A stretch of 64,000 nucleotides of DNA, taken from NCBI GenBank assembly GCA_001949185.1, contig BDGG01000002.1:3283826-3347825 (forward strand), read 5' to 3'. The DNA comes from Ramazzottius varieornatus (Eukaryota > Animalia > Tardigrada). A program made the translations under genes and the position numbers. Position 1 is the first letter of the stretch. Every line of letters starts with the position of its first letter. Shown here one piece after another: positions 39,002 through 51,129 of this stretch. The notes under the pieces were generated by a model. That model saw nothing but the letters and a program-made list of their open reading frames with translations. It was not told the origin of the DNA and searched no databases.

Positions 39002-39744
39002 GTGGTGCAACCCTCTGACGAGCCCAACATCAACCTGAAAGTGGATCCTCTGGAATACTATAAGGAAGAAGTCTTCTACCCTTTCGTAAACACGGTCATT
39101 GATCAGTTAAGTACCCGCTTTGACAAACGGAACCTCGCCCTCGCAAAGATCTCCTACCTGAATCCTGCCAGGATCATCATGGGTGCAGCAGATGGAGACG
39201 TGTTCAAGTCGACAGTCCGCTTGTACAGAAACGATCTAAAGAACGTCAACCTCAAATCCTTGAAAATAGAGTACAACTGGGTCTGCCTGTGGTCGAAGAA
39301 GAATATGAAAAAAGACGCAGTGACCCCTGCGGACGTGGTCAGCACGCTACGCATCATGATAGAGAACAAGCTCGACCTGAAATTTCCCAACACCTACCGA
39401 CCCCTCCAGATCTACGCCGTGGTTCCCGTAACGTCCTGTACGGCAGAAAGAACCTTCTCAGCTCTTCGACAAAGAAAAACTACCTTCGAACAAGAATGAA
39501 CAACGATAGACTGACCTTCCTTACGCCGATTATCGTTCACAAGAACTTCATCGTCGACCATCAAGAAGTCGTCTTCAAATTTCTCGGAAAAAGGATGAAG
39601 CGCAGAATTCCGCCGGAAGCTCCATCCAAGCCAAACCCTAATGTTCCAATGCCGGATATTCAAGACGATCCCGATCTTCCAGCAGAGCTGACCATGGAAG
39701 ATTTGGAAGCCTACTTCCCACCGGAGCAACAACCCTTGTCGTAA
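39002..39744 (+). mobile_element. hAT transposase C-terminal (dimerisation domain) fragment, frameshifted, inside an NFAT paralog 1 intron
   Basis: FYPFVNTVIDQLSTRF...FPNTYRPLQIYAVVPVTSCTAERTFSALR, then a frameshift near 39480 into KNYLRTRMNNDRL. Confidence 0.85.
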
Positions 39745-40321
39745 TCTCCGTGTCCTTTATGATCCAAGCTATTTTGCAAGTTTTCCATTTCGTCATTCTT
39801 TGAGGCAACATATGTCAACGGGAACGCCAAACACAGATGTATAGTTAGTTGTTTTCAACGGGAGATAGTTTGGGCGTTTTAGTCTCCCTCATTTCAAAGT
39901 TTTTATTCATTCTTTCTGCTTTGCGGTATTTATCTAACTTTTCAGTACTAACGCACCTTGACGCTGGCATATACGGTACACGAAGCCTACGATGACGTGC
40001 CTTTGTGTTAACCCGCATTTGGATGCAATCCGTAGAGGAAGATAGTTTCCTACATCCAACTTGATATTGTCAATTTGTATCACATATCATGCTATCAAAT
40101 CCCATGGCTTGCATCTCCCTCGTTCTTTAGCCACTTGGTTCAAGTTGTGATCTGTATCGCAGGTCTACCTGACATTAGACAGACGCCGCGGTGAGCGTAC
40201 TGTCTGTGTGGAATTCATAGAACCTTCCCTGATACTCACATAGAATGACAGGTATTTCAGAAATCAATTCCATTACGATCTCAGCTTCTTTAGAACCATG
40301 TATGAACTGACGCGTTACGTA

Positions 40322-40640
40322 CGAGGGAAAGGTTGTAAAGTTAGCCCCCCCATACTGGGTTTGTAAAGTTAGCCATCTAAGTTCGCCTGTTCTCTACTAC
40401 TCAATCCCAAACTTTTAAGGATAGATCGATAGATGAAATAATGAGCTGTCGAATGGTGTTAGGTACAGTCAACACGAGGAGTCAAGAGAAACCGAGAGAT
40501 CCGCAATTAAAAGAACGTTGAAATCTCATGTTAAAAAGCCAAGACTGACAATCAAATAGTCAATCAAGCGATAGACGCTACAGCCGTGGCTAACTTTACA
40601 AACTTGGTATAGGGTAGCTAAGTTTACAACCTTTACGTCG
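40322..40640. mobile_element. Mariner-like MITE
   Basis: TA|cgagggaaaggttgtaaagttagc... / ...gctaagtttacaacctttacgtcg|TA, ~55-bp TIR with doubled ttgtaaagttagc subrepeats. Confidence 0.8.
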
Positions 40641-42558
40641 TATGCATAAGAGATGAACTTACTCCTGATTCGGTTTCTGGATTAAAAGTTTAAACTTGCG
40701 GTATATTTTGTCAAGTCGTACGGTACACCTCCGTCAACGGTATACCACCGAGGTCAGTACCAAAAATCAAGGTCAGCAACATTTGTGTACCCATCCCCCA
40801 TCATGGCACGAACCTCGTATGGCAGGCGGCATCCTTGAAAACATCATCCGACTTTTCACGTATCCCGCTTTTGTAATAGCTTTGTCGAAGCGCAGGTCCC
40901 GTGGTAGTATGGTACATGTTTACCGGCTTAGTTTTCCAGTTTGAATTTCCTGGGGACTCTGAAGTTGCGCAACATGGATCTGGAGGCTGCCGTTGACCCA
41001 TTGAAGGATGATGCGCCGAAGAAGCGAGAACCTTTTGTTCGACTTGTTTTTGATTCCCTTACCACTGTTCAGAATCTCGATGGGTCGACACGGACCATCA
41101 CGTTGCAGGTCTCCTCGACTCCCATTTGCTGTCGTGAGTGTTCAAAGTACCAAATTATTATGTCGAATGAGAGATCTGGTTGTAGGCGCCCCTGTGGGTA
41201 CGCCCGAAATTTTCCGGATGTGTCACGGAAAATGGCCTGCATGTGGTGGAACGGAAGTGATCCTTCTTGGCCGCAAATTTGTTAGAAGCGAATCTCAGCT
41301 CTTTGTCCAAGAGGTCGATGAAACAGGTATCGTACACATAACGACGCATACCAATATCACGCTGCCTACTTTGTCAACAGTGTATTCCACGAAGCTCCGC
41401 CTGGCTGCAAATGAGGAACAAATTTTGTGGCAACAGGAAGTAGCAATAAGTCATGAAAACTTCAGTTCCGTACATCTGGTATGGAGTACACCTACTCGAA
41501 TGGAGCTCTTGGCTGGATATGCACGAACCTTGTAACATTTTGGCAACGCTTGCAGGTGGCGTCGATGGTGCCATACCGAAATCCTAAAATTACCATGCCT
41601 GTCCAAGTGCAACTTGTAATTCGTCAGAAAGGGAGCACTAGCGAACCATTCCGTTTCGAGTACATCCCGACAGTACCACCTCGGATTTCGCAACCATTGC
41701 GACACTTGATACTCCCACAGCCATTGCAATCATCACTGTCACCGCGACTACAACACACCCAGCCAAGCAGCCGCTCATCATTCGGGAGCAAAACAGAACG
41801 AACAAGGGATTCTGTTTTGCGATTTGGTCCAGCTCATCTGTCCCGCTCTCCGTTGCTCACAAGGATGCCACATGACAGTCGATTTTGAAATCGCCAACTG
41901 ACTAAAGGATCGAACCACATGTTTATAGCCGCCAAATTTGAATTCTGAAGGGGATGAAAAACGCTCCACGAATCTGGTCATGCGCGTGAGCGATGATCAA
42001 GTAGCGCAGAAGGGATTACTTTGAGGTATTTGGTCCAGTGTCTAAACCGGAAATCGAGGATTCCATTATTTTTGCTGTCGGGCAGGTTTGCCGTGGCGCG
42101 CCATTATCTTAGATTATAAAGGCTTTTCGGCCCTATATTCAACCTTTACATCTTGATTATAATTAGACAGCGCAAAAAAGTATCCCCGACGGCGTAACGC
42201 AACAGCGTACATCAGTTTTCACGATCAGGTGCCGATTTGTTCGTGTTTGCGCTGCCCATGTGGCAATACGGGGCCTCAAGTCCACAGGCCGCGCCGGCTA
42301 TCTGATGGCAGTTGACTTACGATGACTGCCTCATATTAATCGCGAATAGTTTCCCACCTGAAAACAATGATAAATGAAACGTACGCGTTGCGTATTCGTC
42401 GCAGTGGACGAGCGTCACACGCTAGCTGTAGAAAGGAAAATCGATTTCAAATTCACTCAGGCTTCATTTACACGCTTGTCCAACGCACCGCACTGATCAT
42501 GAGCGTGTTCTTCTATGATTTCAGCGAGTTCTGTTTATAATGTTTCTCGAAATCTGCA

Positions 42559-45500
42559 ATGGAATCCGCCGCATCTGCCTCGAATCGATTGCCTGTTGAT
42601 CCAGCCTCAAGAGGCGGAGTGATCGTACCGGCCAACAAGGATGTCCCTTCGACCATTTGTCATCTAATCCACGAAGCAATTTCAACCTCCGTCATGACCA
42701 CGCCGTTTCCGCCATCAAAAGGTAAATCACATCCGGTCGATGCAAGTCCACTGAAAAAAGCTGCGCCAAGGAGCTTTTGCACTGACGCAGTGCCCACTGT
42801 TGTTCGGTATCAAGCTGATCTCCCTGTACCGTGCCCCATTGGTTCACCACGCACAAACGGACTAGGACCACGCCAAACCGAGAACGCTGCTGATCTCGGC
42901 ATATTCAGCAAGTGAGTTCTTTATATATTTCTCGAGGCTATTGCTATGAATACTGTAAGAATTCGCTGCGTCCGCGTAGTACGTACACGTACGTGACGAT
43001 ACACTCCCGTAGGCGGTTGAACAGGCAGTAAAGCCGGACTGGTGGCTGTACTTCACTTGTACGATGACGTAATGCGCGAACTTTGCGGATTTTTACAGTA
43101 ACTTTTGGGCATATTCATCAGGGTATTCACTATACATATTTCATATTTGAATTTTATTGCTGCGTATTCGGATTTTTCAGTCTCAAATGTTTGTCCGTGT
43201 AGCTGTATGGGAAACCTAGTTCGCCGCACAGGAATTAGTCGCCTCGGAGCGACATGCTTCCTGCCGCTTGTTCGTTATCAAACGAAGGACAAAAGTTTTA
43301 GCGGAGATGGAAATTGCCCATCCCGCACGGTTGTCGTCCCTGATTTATGATTGCGCAGAACCCAGACGCAGAAACATAATAATGGATCTTTAATGAAATG
43401 CAACAATTACGTGCCGGGAGCAGTCATGGGAGGTGAATAGGTCAGGTAAAAATTGCGAATATAAAACGCTCGTTACGTTCCCACTGGTATTCGGCCCGAT
43501 TGCTTCTCCCGTAGGACTTGAGCATGCGCAAATCGGGCATGTATATCCCAGCCGCAGATAATCAGCCTGATTAAGGGCTGTCATAAAGGTTGATAATCCC
43601 TAAATTTTGCAGACCGCAATGTCTTACAGATACCATCAAAACATCCTACGGTCTTGAGGATGTAGCTATTAGATCGCGATCGACTTCTTACAGCGTTCGC
43701 CGCACAGTCTAGGTTTCGTAACGACGACGTAACGTGGTAAAATTCAACCGTAGAAAATTTTCATGGACAGCAGCCATCAGCTGATCAGCTGTTTTACTCT
43801 AACGCTTCAACGCTGTTGTCGACTTCTTCCCAGAGAAGCCTTGGAATAGTCTGAACTGTGGAAGGTGTGCATGTTCCGGTAGAATGGAGATCCAACAGTC
43901 TTACTGCTAGTGCCATAATAAACATGACGAGGTTTGGCTCTTCCGCTCAGTATCCAGCACGTACGTACAGCAGTCCCGCCTTCGATGTTGGTTTTTACTC
44001 GTGGCAAGAATCACCTGTCCGTGCCGCCGTAGCGAAAGGGCCTGGCCCGTAATTTTTACTGGCCCATAATATCTCGTCGCGCGTGTACCAGAATTTCTCG
44101 TCTTGCGTGTATGCTTTCTCAAAACACGTTGTTGGAGATACTTAGCGTACGAAGACAGTCGGTCGAGACAAGAACACTGTAACAAGGTCTACACTCCGGA
44201 ACTTTGTTTCGATTTTTTAAGAATAAAGCTGATGTAGGAGAACAGTCGAGATCCTTCACTACTCCATTTTCCAGTACGAATTTTCATGGGAAGGGTCGGC
44301 ATATCGGGCATCCTCTGCTTTCACGGTCTCTGGATCCTCCAATAATATTTCGAATTAGTGTACAATTTTGCAATCGACCATACCGGGATGCACTGCATGA
44401 TGAAATCTTGCATCTGCCCATACCAAGATCGGAAAACCAGCATCTCGAACCAGCGATCAGATAGCTATGCCCTTCACCCTTTAGGAATCGATTTCTCATT
44501 TATGAACCCGGATGTGGTTTTTCAGAATGTCGATTCCGCCGCTGACCGATGCACTTCCCTCCAGGCACGGAAATCTGGAGCTAGTCATCAACAGGCAGCC
44601 GCGCAGCTACCACAGAGGTTCGTGAGTTGCTCTTTGGTCTTTTAATTCCCCACCGAGGTGCTCGTAGAACTAGAAACGCTCTTACTAACCACAGAGACTA
44701 CCTATCATCGACTTCTCCTGAGATTATAGCTGCGAATGCCAGAGCTTACATACTTGGGGCTCTGACTATCTAACCCGGTACTCAACTGTTTTTCCTACAG
44801 CACGCTACGAGAAGGAAGGAAGCCGTGGAAGTATCAAAGACGCAACCGGAAACTCTTGTCCTGCTATCCGGGTAAGTACGGTCATTAGAGGATGAATATA
44901 AACCGCTCCCGCTAACTGTTATCCGTCAATGAACTATTTCCCCAGCTTAAAGGACTCAAAGGCACAAAAGGCGCGACCTCGATTTTGCATGTTTTTGTGG
45001 CCGCCAAATCGGACCCCATTGGACCACATCCACTGTACCGCATACACGCGGTGTTCGGGAAGAACTGCATTCCTTGCGACGAGCGACAGATTGATGGCAT
45101 TCCAGTGGTGGAGGTGCCTATCAGGAATGACAACGACGGAGTAGTAAAGTGAGCATCGGCACGACGTTGATGATCCGACGCAAAATCTTCCCCGTGATGT
45201 TTTGTGTCTGTAGTCTCAACTGTATGGGAATTACCAAGTTGCGAAACGCCGATCTAGAAACCGCTCCAGGTGCACGAAAGATCAGCCGTAGGAATGTACC
45301 AGACTCTAGTGTTCGACTGGTCTTTCGGGCCATCACGTCGGTTCGAGGTCGTGACGGCTTTTGTCAGACGACAATACTGCAAACTTGCTCGGATCCCATC
45401 TGTTGCAGTAAGTACTACGAGACAAATCATACAATATGGCTTTTCCTTTCAATTCTGAACAAACGGTGTAACATCGTATGACCATCAGACGACAGCAGAA

Positions 45501-47440
45501 GCGTGTGCCGTAGTATCAGGTGAGAAAGTATGACTCGCAACTTTTGGAAAGAGAGTTTTCAAAAGTTTTTCCGGATTTTAAATCTCAAACGTTTTGACCA
45601 GATTATATCCACCCATACTAGCAGTATACTTTTGCCGTTTTTTTCAGCATAAATTATTGTCGCTGTTAGAAGAGAATGAGGAGGACAAATAATTTACTCT
45701 GTGAAGCCATTTGACTGCCTCGTCAAAAGAGAATTTTTCTTTCTCGCTGGAAACAGAGCTAACCTCTCATGGTGACAATGGTCCGCCATTGTCAGGTCCC
45801 GTCAACGGGAGCCGTGAGCTGGATCCGGAGTTACCAGGTCCACCTCGTATACAGTTTTGCGGGAGAATTTTGTGCATAGTGCACTTTGGAGCTATCTGGC
45901 AACAGTGCTAAATTCAGTTGCGAAAATAATTTCGGCTTCTAACCGACAAGTTCCTTCAAACAGTACCTACCAAGTTTCAGAAGGAACTGGTCCATTGTTA
46001 GGTTTTTTAGGGTATCGGAAATCCATATAGCGGCCAAGACTCTCATACAACAACTAGGCAGTGGACAAAACTTTGCTTCGGTGTCGCTCTCAGGGTTCCA
46101 GTGCTAGGCGGCTCATTGTTCTATGCAGCATGGTTTTTTGGCCGTGAAAAAAGTGATGGTGAACTGAAAACAATCGAAACTTTAAAGTCTACCAAAATTT
46201 CGCTTATTCTCAACCCGAAAAAAATCATTCCTGTCTAGCTATGAAACAGGGGAGACATGACCATTAAAAGATCAAACAGAGTTCGCAGAATGACGAATAA
46301 GGTGTTTGAGAACGAAAGGACGAGGGAGAGCAGAACTACGAATTTTCAAGGTGGAAGGTGTATCAAAAGTTTCAAGTTAAGTCACACTTTCGCACCTGAT
46401 GTCCGTTCTTTTGTAGCATCCTTACCAGGTGTGCCGGAAGTTCTGCAATTGTCACACGAACAATGGCCCGTCACCGGAGGACTACGTATCATTATTCTGG
46501 GGCGAAACTTCATCAAAGACGAATGCAGGGCGATCGTCCAGGAAACGAAGGGAAAGGGTAAATTCCGCGTTTCGGTCAAGTCTGCCTTAGCTGCTCCAAT
46601 ACGAAAGTTTCAAATTTACAGGGGATGAGACAGTGATATGGCAACACGAGCTCTTCATTCAGCGAGAAAACTTCTTGACCGTCCATTTGGTAGCTTGAAC
46701 AGTTTCTGGGTTATCATCAATACACCCATGTTATGTGCGTTTTTGAATCTCTACAGGTGGCGCTTATGGTACCATACGTCAAGCTGTTGATCACCCGGCC
46801 TGTCCAGTGCCAGCTGATTATACAGCAGAAAGGACAGACCAGCGAACCCTACTATTTCACGTACATACCATCCGTACAACCTCTCTGGCCTCCACCCCAG
46901 ATTCAGCCATCCCCGCTTCTACGTCGGGCACTATGCACCTCGTACTCTGCATGCTCATCTCCTACGGACGAACCAGCATTAGAGCACAGTTTGGGGTCCA
47001 TGGGATCCAGCTCATCCGCGTACACACCATTCTCTCAGACGAGTAACGAGGATGTGCAAGATGCATATCCCGTTCCTCGCCATTGCTTGCATGAGCCGTC
47101 TCCTTCTTGGAACAACACGCTTGAAGTGGACCACAGTAGTGCTGTGGTCACTAATGTATCAGGTCGGAGGGATTTGCTTGCATTGCATACTGAGCAACCG
47201 CAAGCGTTGCATCACTCCTTTCCGGGTGCAGGGCAGCATCAAATTGCTGGCAAAAAGCGCAATCATCCAGAACATGACGAGGTTAGTTGGCCACTTCCTC
47301 CTCGAGATGGAACCTTGTCTTCTGCAATTGACGATATCACTGTCGACGAATATCTGGCATCGCTCGGCAGTGAGGAGATGATGAACGCAGCCAATGCCCT
47401 CTTCGCGGAGGTGTTCGACGAAATTATGAATTGCCCGTGA
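42559..47440 (+). CDS. NFAT5-like Rel-homology + IPT transcription factor, paralog 2 (apparently intact)
   Basis: Exons ~42559-42911, 44527-44617, 44801-44871, 44946-45148, 45214-45407, 46417-46557, 46622-46689 and 46757-47440: LELVINRQPRSYHR|ARYEKEGSRGSIKDATG...|PHPLYRIH...|LNCMGITKLRNADLE...VRLVFRA...LQTCSDPICC|PGVPEVLQLS...GGLRIIILGRNF...SEPYYFTYIP. Acidic/hydrophobic C-terminus. Confidence 0.88.
42951..43100. mobile_element. MITE family B copy (NFAT paralog 2 intron 1)
   Basis: tactgtaagaattcgc...gcggatttttacagta. Confidence 0.75.
43725..44087. mobile_element. MITE family C long variant, truncated, opposite orientation
   Basis: Reverse complement of ~23329-23655. Confidence 0.8.
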
Positions 47441-47956
47441 GAGCGAAAGGTCCAGGATAGCCTCACTGACTGAGTCCATGGAAAAGGATGGATACCCAAA
47501 TCTTTCCCGCGACAAGTTGCCGTCTCAACTAAATTTCAACTTATTCAAAGTCTGGCAGTGCGTTTTGAAGCTCAGTCTGCACAGTATTACCAAAAGTCAC
47601 CTGGCTGAAAAATATGATGTGATGTTCATGCTCGTAGCTCCTGCAGTGGTCTTCACTGTTTGTCATTAGCTTGACTATGGCACACGGCTTTCCAGAATGA
47701 CTGCTCTGCAAGAAAAGTTCTCATCCGATTATTATCTACCTATATAAATTATCTATTCTATTATCTATTCTAAAACTATGCACCAGGCCAAAAGTCAGAA
47801 CTGCCATTATATTGGTGCTTCAACATGGATTGAGTGTTAGTTCCACGCTTTGCCTGGCTTCACGCTTTCACGCTTCGCGCCAGTATCGGTTGAAAACACC
47901 AGTCGATCGTACGACTCTCTGTTAGGGCTGCGCAGCGCCGCAGGACAGACCTTAAT

Positions 47957-48329
47957 TATAGCCACTTTTAATAATTCAAAACGCCGCCGCGATTGCAGGT
48001 ACGTGGTCCGTATCGTACGAGTGCTGTGCAACGGCGAACGTTTCTCTGCCGGCAAGCACAGCGCTCAGACAACGTTGTCAACAATTCAGGCAAGTTTCAC
48101 TGGGGGAAAATCCCGGAAGAGCTTGCCAGAGTGCTGTGTGAGTCAGCAGTTTGCGGTAGTATGGGAAGCTCTTTCGGGCACCAGTCCAAAGACTGCGAGC
48201 ATGTATCAGTCAGAGCGATCAAACGATCGCATACGAGCCTTGTACGTCACCCTACACAGGCGTCAGGCATGCTGATACGTCACGTTCTGAACAGCCAGTC
48301 GAAAACTGAGCCTAATAAAACCGGCTATA
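47957..48329. mobile_element. Family E element copy, abutting a truncated family C MITE (48331-48485)
   Basis: Near-identical to 16345-16726. Confidence 0.85.
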
Positions 48330-48663
48330 ACCTTTTTCGCTACGGCGGTACGGGAGCACGTTTGTACGTGACCGTTTCATAGTAATACATTTTTCAACAC
48401 TTTTCTACGGTCGAATTTCCATTTCGCCGTCCTTTCCGCTTGTCCCCTAATTTTTACTGTACCATAACTTCTCGTCTTGCGTGTACTAAGAAATTTACTT
48501 CGCCAATGGTAGTTCATAATTACCACAGCGATTCTCGACAGATTTTTGGAAAGCTGGCCATCAAAACTGTGCAATAGACTCAGACTGGAGTACAGACTCG
48601 TACTGATAATTCCCACCTGAGAACATGATTGGAAATCCGTGCAAAAAATGAGGGTTTCCATTT

Positions 48664-50535
48664 CTAAATATCTGGATCTGTTTGCTTTTGCACGTCTTTG
48701 ATCCAGTTGACCACATGAGGAACGTTGGAGTACACAGTGGGTACCCGAGGTCCCGATTGCTGGTTGTTACTACCACATGGGAAGCCCCATGACGCAAGAC
48801 CGACAAGTTTGTAAACGTTGGGTGAATTGGCGCTCACCAGACACGCCAGAGACGAGCCGGCGTCCACGTCACACGTATCGGTTAGTCTGCTCGGGTCTTC
48901 TCCGACAGCGCAGACCATGGATGGATCCACGACAAATGTCGAAGGAATGGACTTGTCCTGTTTGATTCGGCTTGTGCAATCCGAGACGATATTCACGTTG
49001 CCGATGTTCAGTTCTCGACCGCCAGTGTTTGGTTTGTCCGCTACCAAGCAAAATAGTTGCACAAACGGAGCAACTGGTGCAGCTTTTATAGCATGCTTAC
49101 GCTGTGTTGTTCCATAGCCGCTAATGATGCAGCTTTTGCTCGAAGGAGCTTCGTCTTGTTTGTCCGGTAGACATATTCGGCAAGAGCACTCTGGGTTGGT
49201 AATCGGAGCGGCCAGATTGATAATGGCCATGTCAAATGCAAAGCTTTCCGGGTCGTACTGGTCGTGGAATACGATTTGCGATACTTCGAAGCTCTCCGAG
49301 CAGCGACCTCGAATGTTCAGATTTCGATGCCCAATGCGAACTCGCACTTGACGAACACTTTCAATGTCCTGAATACTGCGACCGAATGACAGTCATCGGC
49401 TACACTATAGCTTGAAAGAACTTGATACGACTACCACATCAGAAACCAGAGAAGCTATACTGACCAATGCGCCGCTGTGATAACATGGCGAGAATCGATG
49501 ATGGCGCCACCACAAGCGTACTCCTTATCGACCATAATGGCTGCCTAGTGCAAAAAAACATGCATGAATCGGATACCGGTAGTGCTACGCCAGATTTGGC
49601 GTTGATACTCTACCTGCCAACAAATTTCGTTTTCTTCAGCGGGTACTCCGCCGATAATCCTTCCCGAGAGGGTGTCGAATACCCTGGCTCTTGCAATTTG
49701 TGCATCTAGAACTAAGGCAATGGACGATTCGTTAAGTTTGCGTTGACCACAAGGAACTTGGTCATACTCCATCGCAGCCGCTTTGTTAACAGTAGGCATG
49801 AAACAGCAAACTTGACCATCGGAGCAGTGATCAGACAAAGCCGTCGACATCGAAACGCAAGTGTGGCCCAGAATAACGTCGTTAAACTGCGCGCATGTAC
49901 CAGTGGCTCCATCAAGCTTCACGGTGCACTTCCTTCCTGCAGGTGGCCCGCTGTCTTTCAGTCTAGTTCTGTCAGAAGGTTGGTTGTCAGGCCTGAATTT
50001 CGATGGGACAGTAACGAAGCCGGACGACAGACCGGGGAGAAGCTGCGGATCCAAAATTAGGTCTGTCGATGGAGCGAAGAACGTAGAGTTCAGATGGAAT
50101 ATTCCGGCGGGTGCTTCGCCTTCCGCTGGCAAAGCCTCAGTGGTTACGATGGGGGCAGTGGTTGAAACGGTGGTTATCCGTGTTGTGGCCGGTTTAACAG
50201 TGGTTATTTTGGTGGTTGTCGTAGTGGACAGTACTGGGTTCTGCTGGACACGTGGAAACTGAGGGCGGGATGTACTGATAGTGACAAGGTCCGAGAGTGA
50301 GGAAGGGGTTGTTGGATCGGACACCTCCGGCCTTTGTCCTAAAAGACGTGACCACGTAAGTAAAGCGCAAGGGTGCATTTTATTCACACACCGTTTAGTA
50401 GGTAATATTTTGCCAGTACTTACTCTGGTTTATCCGACTGGAGAACCTTTGCTGAGGACCCGCTGTATGCGCGTAGTTAATGAAGCATTCAACGAGGAAA
50501 ACGACTGCCAACATAAAACAACGAAACTTCCTCAT
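48664..50535 (-). CDS. Secreted clip-type serine protease homolog (trypsin fold, catalytic Ser replaced)
   Basis: Signal peptide MRKFRCFMLAVVFLVECF, Thr-rich linker, Cys cluster ending in CC, then CG...R/IIGG, CGGAII, VITAAHC, FDMAII, DTCDVDAGSSLAC, GLASWG and VYSNV...WI. Confidence 0.88.
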
Positions 50536-51129
50536 TTTCTCAGCCTGAAGTTTCGCACTAAGTAAACAGAGCAAGAGTCTACTTCTGGCGTTGCCTTTGT
50601 CTGCAAGAGATTTTCTCTCTAGCTTGGGTCTCGGTATTTTGTGTGCGTTCTGTTAACGGCTTCGTGGCTGAGAAAGAAGATAGTGATGGACAACGGAATA
50701 CGGGCAAAGGCATGCAAAAAAGTTCGTTAGCACTAATTGCTGGCCATAGCATTGAGATACTAATAATAATTTGCCAGCACCTCCGTCCACGCACTCAGCA
50801 ATGGACAATTATCCTACTAGTGTAATATACTGTGCTGTCAAGGTTGACTCTCGCGGGCATTTGGTCGATCAATCAGCATGATAATATTGATTCGCAACTA
50901 GCACAATAGCAACTTTGTTTCATCCGGTCGGAATTTTCCTACTCGAACAAACACACTTATCCGACAAGCGTACGAAAAAGCCTTCATTGCTCACGAGCAT
51001 CGAAACCTATGTAAATCGTGATGTTCGAATTTGCACATTTGTTTTGAGCAATTGCAAGTGAAATGGACTTTCAGTTCAGCAACTGTGCGTTCAGAATGCG
51101 TACATGTGTACTACTCTTTCTGCACAATA

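Larger units (their letters stand above)
38038..41888 (+). pseudogene. NFAT5-like Rel-homology + IPT transcription factor, paralog 1 (premature stop, possibly skipped by alternative splicing)
   Basis: Exons: LELVIQRQPAKHHR|ARYHKEGSRGCVKDTTGKSCPAIQ|LKGLD*...VYIGIETGGAYPHPLYRIH...|LNFLGTLKLRNMDLE...VRLVF...LQVSSTPICC|GTPEI...GGTEVILLGRKF|...HL|...SEPFRFEYIP. TAA at 38402-38404. The first exon was not located. Confidence 0.8.

Noticed and set aside
47850-48382. Duplicated ORFs (also 16130-16872)
   Set aside because: They arise from the repeated non-coding family E element and show no transposase motifs.
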